A stretch of DNA of 39,080 nt from positions 1 through 39,080 of the IMG/VR virus record IMGVR_UViG_3300030330_004861; one strand, given 5' to 3'. Positions within the stretch are counted from its first letter, which is position 1, and every line of letters begins with the position of its first letter. The stretch comes from a virus (taxonomy: Duplodnaviria > Caudoviricetes). A program made the position numbers and the translations under genes. Positions 33,728 to 39,080 of the stretch are shown here, in pieces. The notes under the pieces were generated by a model that was not told where the DNA came from, made no database searches, and was given only the letters and a program-made list of their open reading frames with translations.

Positions 33728-35475
33728 TACGCCATCCTCTCGCCGCGGGCCTCAAGGTTCCGCATGACGCTGTACATGTTGTTAATGCCCTGTTGTAAGT
33801 TGCCGTTACCGGCACCCTTAACGGCCTTTGTCGTAAAGATAAACTCGCCCGGCATGACCATGGCTTTTACGCTGTCCTTACCGGGTATGCCCTCGTCAGG
33901 CATGATACCCCCTGTCCGCCGAGGGAAGACCCCACCACCGTCTTCAGCAAACATTTCAGGGAAGCGGTCACGAAGGCTTCGGTTAAACCCGAAAGACGCA
34001 GGTGCTGTCGCGACCCGCGTCTGTCTTGGTGACGTTATCGGAGCCTGAAGGGCACTTGGCGGTAGGCGGTTGGCCGCCACCAAAGCCTCGCGCTGCGCTG
34101 GCGTGAGTTTGTCAACTACGTCCGGCTCCTCCATCTCTGGAACTTCGAACAAAGAGGGCAATGCCGCTGCGGTCGCTATACCGCCGCCAATCAAAAGGCC
34201 TCTGTTTTTACCAAAGAAACCGGGCTGCGCGTCTGCTAAAGCCTTTTCTCCCGCTGCTTGGGCGGCTTTATTTACCGCCAGCTTTTGAGCGACAGTTAAG
34301 TCTGAAGGTTTAATATCGCCCAACTGAGCGGCACGGCTTTCTCGAACAGCGTCAGCAAATATCTTTTGACCGGGGCCCTCACTCTTAACCAGTTCGGGGG
34401 CACTGAAAAGATCCGACGCTCTTTGGAAAAGGGTTCGGTCTCCAGTGTTTGTGTTTATATTTTGACTAGGCCCCGGTTGAATTTGGTTCTGAGCGAGGTT
34501 CGCGTCAAACATCATGCCGCTACTGTCCCCTGCGGGCGCTGGCGAGGGCACTGAAACCTGCGAAGCGGCGGGCTTCAACGCAAAATCCGTTCCAACGAAA
34601 TCATCTAGTGCCTCTAAGCTGGGGTTGAAAGCCTTCTCGAACTGACCTGAGACAGTTTGATCGAAGAAGTCCCCGGTCCGACTAAGATCTGCTTGAAGGT
34701 CTTGTAGGCCCGTGGTCGTAGAGGCCTTACCGCCAAGCATGCGGTTTACGCTTGGGCCCGCTATCTTACCGAGGGCTGCACCGCCCGCGCCCATCGCACC
34801 GCTAAGAAGAATGTCTTCAATGTCACCGCCGCCCACTGCGCCGCGAGCCATGCCGCCAAGTGCGCCTGCCGCCACGTCGCCAACAGCGGGCGCTATAAGA
34901 CCAGTAGCGCCGCCAATAGCCGCGCTAAACAAGGCGTCTTTAATGCTGCCGCCCCCGGCCAACGTCCCGATGCCGCTTGAGATAGCGCCCGCCGCAATGG
35001 TGCTTAGGCCCAAGCCCGCAGGCCCGAGAAGCGCGGTCCCTGCTACGGTAATTGCAAGCGGCGCAACCTTTTTAAGAACCTTGCCTACGCTCTTGACGGC
35101 TTTCTTTATGCCACGAAAAACACTTTTAAAGAAAAACTCAAGCGCCCCGGTTTCGGGGTTGATTGCGTTCTCACCGCTGCCAACGATATATCGTTCCGGA
35201 TCTTCAACACCCATGTCCCGCAAGTGACCAAGGATGGACTCCTTGAGTTCCGGCATCTTGTCGAGAAGGGGCTTCGGTACAATTAGTTCGCCCGTCTCAA
35301 CGTGAGCTAAAGCGTCGTCTCCAAACCGGCCCAGCTTCTCCATGCGCTCACGAATAGCGCCGAGGTCCGCGATTCCTCCCGCGTCGCCAACGGACTTCTC
35401 GTACTCATAGATGTCGTTTTCATCAAGAGCCAGACTTTGAAGTCCCGAAGACTGATATGCTGGGTTAACTGACAT
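33727..35475 (-). CDS. Putative internal virion/ejection protein
   Basis: GRFGDDALAHVETGE, INPETGALEFF, Gly-zipper hydrophobic segment, GKDSVKAMVMPGEF. Confidence 0.65.
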   Translation of the reverse strand: MSVNPAYQSSGLQSLALDENDIYEYEKSVGDAGGIADLGAIRERMEKLGRFGDDALAHVETGELIVPKPLLDKMPELKESILGHLRDMGVEDPERYIVGSGENAINPETGALEFFFKSVFRGIKKAVKSVGKVLKKVAPLAITVAGTALLGPAGLGLSTIAAGAISSGIGTLAGGGSIKDALFSAAIGGATGLIAPAVGDVAAGALGGMARGAVGGGDIEDILLSGAMGAGGAALGKIAGPSVNRMLGGKASTTTGLQDLQADLSRTGDFFDQTVSGQFEKAFNPSLEALDDFVGTDFALKPAASQVSVPSPAPAGDSSGMMFDANLAQNQIQPGPSQNINTNTGDRTLFQRASDLFSAPELVKSEGPGQKIFADAVRESRAAQLGDIKPSDLTVAQKLAVNKAAQAAGEKALADAQPGFFGKNRGLLIGGGIATAAALPSLFEVPEMEEPDVVDKLTPAQREALVAANRLPPSALQAPITSPRQTRVATAPASFGFNRSLRDRFPEMFAEDGGGVFPRRTGGIMPDEGIPGKDSVKAMVMPGEFIFTTKAVKGAGNGNLQQGINNMYSVMRNLEARGERMA

Positions 35476-35484
35476 GTATTTTTC

Positions 35485-35706
35485 TCATGCTTCGCCGCTA
35501 ATAGCTTGCGGCATTGTCACACATATTACCGCATCCTTTCTCTCCTTGCCAGTCCAAGGATTGCCGCATTCCGGGCAGTTTCCGTCAGGATATGAAGCCT
35601 TTTCATCAACCGTATCTACGACGTTATCGCAGGAGGCGCACTTAATTGTTTCGGTGCTAGTGGACGGAAGCCACCGACCACCGTCAGGCATAACAATAAT
35701 ACTCAT
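35485..35706 (-). CDS. Small zinc-ribbon protein
   Basis: CASC...CPEC; ATGA overlap. Confidence 0.65.
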   Translation of the reverse strand: MSIIVMPDGGRWLPSTSTETIKCASCDNVVDTVDEKASYPDGNCPECGNPWTGKERKDAVICVTMPQAISGEA

Positions 35707-36002
35707 GGGGTTAACACCGTAACAGAACCAACAGAAGCCGTTCCAGCGACGCCAGCCGGGTGAGGGTTGAATGCGCGGGTAATCTTGACGAAACCGTCAG
35801 ATTGAAAGAGGCCGCCTACCTCTAACCCGCTGTCGTTGTCGGGTAAGTTCGTCATCACGAAGGTCGTTGCACGGCCCTCGCCCGGCTGTTGCGTCTGGTC
35901 TACAAAAACACCGAAAGCGCGTATAACGTCCGCGAAATACGTCTGTCGGTACTCTGTCGGCGGAATTGCAAATTGCGGTGGGACAAGAGAGCGGCCTGTC
36001 AT
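35703..36002 (-). CDS. Small structural-module protein
   Basis: PPTEY...LP..DSGLEVG.LF; ATGA overlap with the tail tubular gene. Confidence 0.65.
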   Translation of the reverse strand: MTGRSLVPPQFAIPPTEYRQTYFADVIRAFGVFVDQTQQPGEGRATTFVMTNLPDNDSGLEVGGLFQSDGFVKITRAFNPHPAGVAGTASVGSVTVLTP

Positions 36003-37819
36003 CGCCTACCGTCCTGTCGTATATCAACACGAGGCGAGCCTAACCGCCACGTTACGCCTTGGTTGGCGGACTCTATCCTAAGGCCTAAGCCACGCCCTCG
36101 TATACGAACATGGTTTTGCGTTTCGTCTGCCGTGACCGTTGACGCGTAATTCTGAGTAAAGCCGGTCCCCGGAAAGTCCTCGGCCTTCAAAGTAAACGTA
36201 ACCTCTTTAGAGGCCGTGTCCGGCGTCGTAAGAAAACTGATGTCAGGCACAAGGCGGCGAATAAACCCGAACTTTTCACCGTCAGATATGTCTATGGGGC
36301 TGGACTCTATGTGCGCGGCTAAAGCGGAGCCGTCGTCATCTGCGCCAATTTCATGGTTAAACAGATACTGACTGTTTGAGCTAGCAGCAATCGGGTTGGA
36401 CTTCAAACCGCGGTCTAGCCACGCTGACCGTTGCAGGTTGCCGAAGTACCAGACTTTTTCGTCATAGTTGTAGATGACGTACTTGTCGTTGTTCTCGGAT
36501 CCGGCAGAAGAATAGAACCAGATAACTTCTCCAAACTCTGAGTTTACCCCCGCAAAAACCTTGTCCGACTGCGTTTCGTTAAAGTCGTCAAACACGGTGT
36601 CCCGAACAGTGCAGGGAAGATCCTGCACCTGCCCGTCGTAGACATAGAACCTGTTTTTGCCCATCCAGAACACGGAGTCATTTACCGCAACGGCGGAGTT
36701 GGCTCCCATGATGGTGGTGTTAGCGGCAAGCTGGTTGATGCCAAAAGTAAACGGCGGACCTATAAACTGCATAGAATGAGTGGACGCGTCAGTAAAGACT
36801 ACGATTTCGCGGCGTGTCTCGACCGCTTGAATTATCTCAGAGCCCGACCCTACGACCAGATCTCCCGCAGTGTTTGTGGCAGTAGGCTCCCACGTTGTCG
36901 CGCTTTCTTGGTCTGAAAACCGTACTAAAAGCTTGTCCTGATCCGCACTTCCCAGTGCGTTACAGCCAAAAGCAATAACGTGTCTATCTCTGTCGGAAAC
37001 AATAATCTGCCTAGCTACGGTGGGCGCGTTTGCGTCTAGCGTGGTTATATCCACCGCCCTTGAGTTTGTGCCCAAAGATTTGTCCCAATAATAAACCCTA
37101 GAGTCTCTAAGATTTATAATAAGATCTTCGCCAAAATTATCTTGGCTCCATACTCGAAGGGATTCGCCCCCTGCGGTCGTTGTCGCTGCCGAGCCCCACG
37201 TACCCCGTCCCCAAGTCCCTGCGCCCCAGCCGGTTCCGGGAACAACCGCGTTAGTGCCGACGTTTATCTGATACTTGGAAGTTACCGAACCCCCGCCGTT
37301 ACCGGTGTCAGACGAATTTGCAGTTGCCGTCGCCGTAATCGTATAGGTGTCTGTGCTTGGAACGGTTTGTATTTCATATTCTTGGTTCAGCACCGCAGCC
37401 GTTATATTACCCCCGAGAGAAACAGCGCCGCTGAAAGTAACAAAATCGCCGACGATTGATCCATGACTAGCGTCCGTAACGGTTATGGTGGCAGATCCGT
37501 TTGACGCTGAAAAGGTAGTGGAGTTTGTCGTAGTTTTTCTGAGCGGCGTTACATCAAAAAAAGTTTCGCCTTCTTCAATGTAAAACTTGACGTTTGTTCC
37601 TACGCCCAAGTACCTAGAGTTGTCGATAGCCCGCCAAGCATGAAGAGACCGGCAAGTGCCTAAGATTGTATTTTGAGAATACTTTTCCCAGCCGCCGATT
37701 TTTTCAGGAAAACCAAAACGAAAACGAACCTTGTCGCAGTCGTTCCAGCCCCCCTCGTTGGTGTAAGCCGTAACCTCAGTATTAATACCGGGCTTAAACT
37801 GAAGCTTATTTAAAGGCAT
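35999..37819 (-). CDS. Podovirus tail tubular/stabilisation protein (P22 gp10-like)
   Basis: FKPGIN, KVRFR.G.PEKIGGW, WSQDNFGEDL, RFSDQE, C-terminal WRLG.PR.D...DGRR. Confidence 0.75.
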   Translation of the reverse strand: MPLNKLQFKPGINTEVTAYTNEGGWNDCDKVRFRFGFPEKIGGWEKYSQNTILGTCRSLHAWRAIDNSRYLGVGTNVKFYIEEGETFFDVTPLRKTTTNSTTFSASNGSATITVTDASHGSIVGDFVTFSGAVSLGGNITAAVLNQEYEIQTVPSTDTYTITATATANSSDTGNGGGSVTSKYQINVGTNAVVPGTGWGAGTWGRGTWGSAATTTAGGESLRVWSQDNFGEDLIINLRDSRVYYWDKSLGTNSRAVDITTLDANAPTVARQIIVSDRDRHVIAFGCNALGSADQDKLLVRFSDQESATTWEPTATNTAGDLVVGSGSEIIQAVETRREIVVFTDASTHSMQFIGPPFTFGINQLAANTTIMGANSAVAVNDSVFWMGKNRFYVYDGQVQDLPCTVRDTVFDDFNETQSDKVFAGVNSEFGEVIWFYSSAGSENNDKYVIYNYDEKVWYFGNLQRSAWLDRGLKSNPIAASSNSQYLFNHEIGADDDGSALAAHIESSPIDISDGEKFGFIRRLVPDISFLTTPDTASKEVTFTLKAEDFPGTGFTQNYASTVTADETQNHVRIRGRGLGLRIESANQGVTWRLGSPRVDIRQDGRR

Positions 37820-38108
37820 TCTTTAACTCTTTGTCGTACGGCTTTACGGTGCTTCCCATGAGAGCGGCATTAGTACAAAAACTACTGCCGTCCGGACTAA
37901 AAAACAGGGTAAAGGTGCCCCTACCCTCAAAAAAATAAACGGCGTGTCCCACCCCGTTTACTCCAATAAATTTTATGGCCTCGCCCTGTTCCTTCGTTGA
38001 TTTTACTAAATTTTCCCAATCTTTAAGACATATTAAATTAGCGGATAACGCGGTAGGCCACAGCAAAAAACCGCACATTACAAGTAGATATTTAAGGCGA
38101 GTGAACAA
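37806..38108 (-). CDS. Hypothetical protein with signal peptide
   Basis: Basic-hydrophobic-ALSA N-terminus; two further Cys residues. Confidence 0.55.
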   Translation of the reverse strand: MFTRLKYLLVMCGFLLWPTALSANLICLKDWENLVKSTKEQGEAIKFIGVNGVGHAVYFFEGRGTFTLFFSPDGSSFCTNAALMGSTVKPYDKELKNAFK

Positions 38109-38910
38109 TCTCTTTCCCTAAAAGGTCTAAAGATTTCTGGAGCCAATCCCCTCGGTATTGATAAGTTTCCGGGTCAGCGTCAGACCGCCACTTGCCGTAT
38201 TGCCCCGCTTCTGCGTAAGCGGCATCTATTTCAGCCCCCGTCATGTCCGTTCTTGTTTTTCTAACTTCTTGATAGAAAGAAGGAGGATGGAACGGCGTGT
38301 TGTCGTTATAGTCGGGATCTGGATGCGTTACAAAAAGGTTGCATACGGCTTCGGGTAAATCCTCAAACTGTTCGAATCGACCGGTCAAAGTAGCGGCAAC
38401 AGCGTCATAGTCGAAACTGTCCCCTTTTTGCACAGAGGTAAAATCCGGAGATCCTGCAAGGTAGATATCCACTCCGTCCACCTCTATTAAAGAGCGGAAC
38501 CGATTGTGAGTGTCCGTAGCGGTGTTTTCAACAGATATGCCGACCACAATACCGTCAGGAGATCTGTTGTCTATTTCTTGCCGATATCCCTTATACCTCG
38601 GCTCTATTAGACCCACGTCAACATGATACTCAAACCCCTCGCGGATAGGTCGAAAATCCTCAGAATATGAAACGGGCCACGTTGTTGTCTCATACGCAAA
38701 GTCACGAACATTTGATTTTAGCCACGAGACTATTGCATCTGAGGCAGTCTTTTGCGCCTCGTTTTTTGCGCTTCCGTCCGTGAACTTTTCAACAACCCAG
38801 TCTTCTTCGGCATAAACTGCCGTAATATCGTGTGAAGTATTGGAAAGCCAGTTCCAAAGCGCGAAACTACTGTTCGTCCCGCCTGAAAAGGGTATGAGAA
38901 TACTTGCCAT
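38092..38910 (-). CDS. PP-loop (adenine nucleotide alpha hydrolase/QueC-like) protein
   Basis: ILIPFSGGTNS N-terminal PP-loop with Asp replaced by Asn. Confidence 0.6.
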   Translation of the reverse strand: MASILIPFSGGTNSSFALWNWLSNTSHDITAVYAEEDWVVEKFTDGSAKNEAQKTASDAIVSWLKSNVRDFAYETTTWPVSYSEDFRPIREGFEYHVDVGLIEPRYKGYRQEIDNRSPDGIVVGISVENTATDTHNRFRSLIEVDGVDIYLAGSPDFTSVQKGDSFDYDAVAATLTGRFEQFEDLPEAVCNLFVTHPDPDYNDNTPFHPPSFYQEVRKTRTDMTGAEIDAAYAEAGQYGKWRSDADPETYQYRGDWLQKSLDLLGKEIVHSP

Positions 38911-38913
38911 GTT

Positions 38914-39080
38914 CTATGCCGTCTGTCCTTGAACAGTGCCTTGATTAGTAACCGGAACCGTTCTGCCGTTTTTACAAACCGCGAAGCCCGCTGCGCCGCC
39001 CGCACCGCCGGAGCCCGCGGGAGTGATAATAGGACATTCCGAAGCGCCGCCGTAGCCACCGGCGCTTCCAGCTTGGCCCG
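38914..39080 (-). CDS. C-terminus of a Gly-rich tail fibre/adhesin (partial)
   Basis: ...GSAGGYGGASEC..AGSGGAGGAAGFAVCKNGRTVPVTNQGTVQGQTA*; runs off the window edge. Confidence 0.6.
   Translation of the reverse strand, partial: GQAGSAGGYGGASECPIITPAGSGGAGGAAGFAVCKNGRTVPVTNQGTVQGQTA

Noticed and set aside
38092-38910. 7-deazaguanine DNA modification pathway (queC)
   Set aside because: Only a degenerate PP-loop; no C-terminal zinc Cys cluster and no folE/queD/queE/dpdA in the window
38730-39059. 109-aa minus-strand ORF from the track
   Set aside because: Out of frame with the more plausible Gly-rich tail-fibre end and the PP-loop gene it overlaps

Overview
This window is about 39 kb of a tailed dsDNA phage genome, podovirus-like and probably infecting an alphaproteobacterium (it carries an alpha-type SspB homolog and an RpoA-CTD-like PNFGRKS motif). 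Nearly all genes are on the minus strand. From left to right: (1) an accessory/early region with DUF932, a Cys-rich protein and many small ORFs; (2) a VRR-NUC-like nuclease and terminase small subunit; (3) an AT-rich, iteron-bearing origin candidate; (4) a second accessory block with four 2OG-Fe(II) oxygenases, an SspB-like adaptor, RHH-like regulators, an HD-like protein and an SleB-type hydrolase; (5) a replication module with PolA, a UvrD-like helicase, an AEP primase, SSB, and a divergent SNF2 helicase plus HTH/alpha-CTD gene; (6) an M15 endolysin, an HlyC-type acyltransferase, large internal virion/ejection proteins, a tail tubular protein, a PP-loop protein and the end of a Gly-rich tail fibre. 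No integrase, RNA polymerase, large terminase, capsid, tRNA or CRISPR array was seen. The most striking unannotated signals are these. A stand-alone ~80-nt sRNA gene (promoter, hairpin, UUUUCUCCGUGGUUG, terminator) is complementary to an extended CCACGGAGAAA ribosome-binding motif shared by many accessory genes, and two further elements display anti-SD loops. Two adjacent genes are each enclosed by their own 26-31 bp inverted repeat with a shared core. An SspB + ClpX-zinc-finger-like fusion co-occurs with C-terminal -AA degrons. An RTX-type acyltransferase is coupled to a CFGG/poly-Gly virion protein. All calls come from manual reading; no database searches were run.
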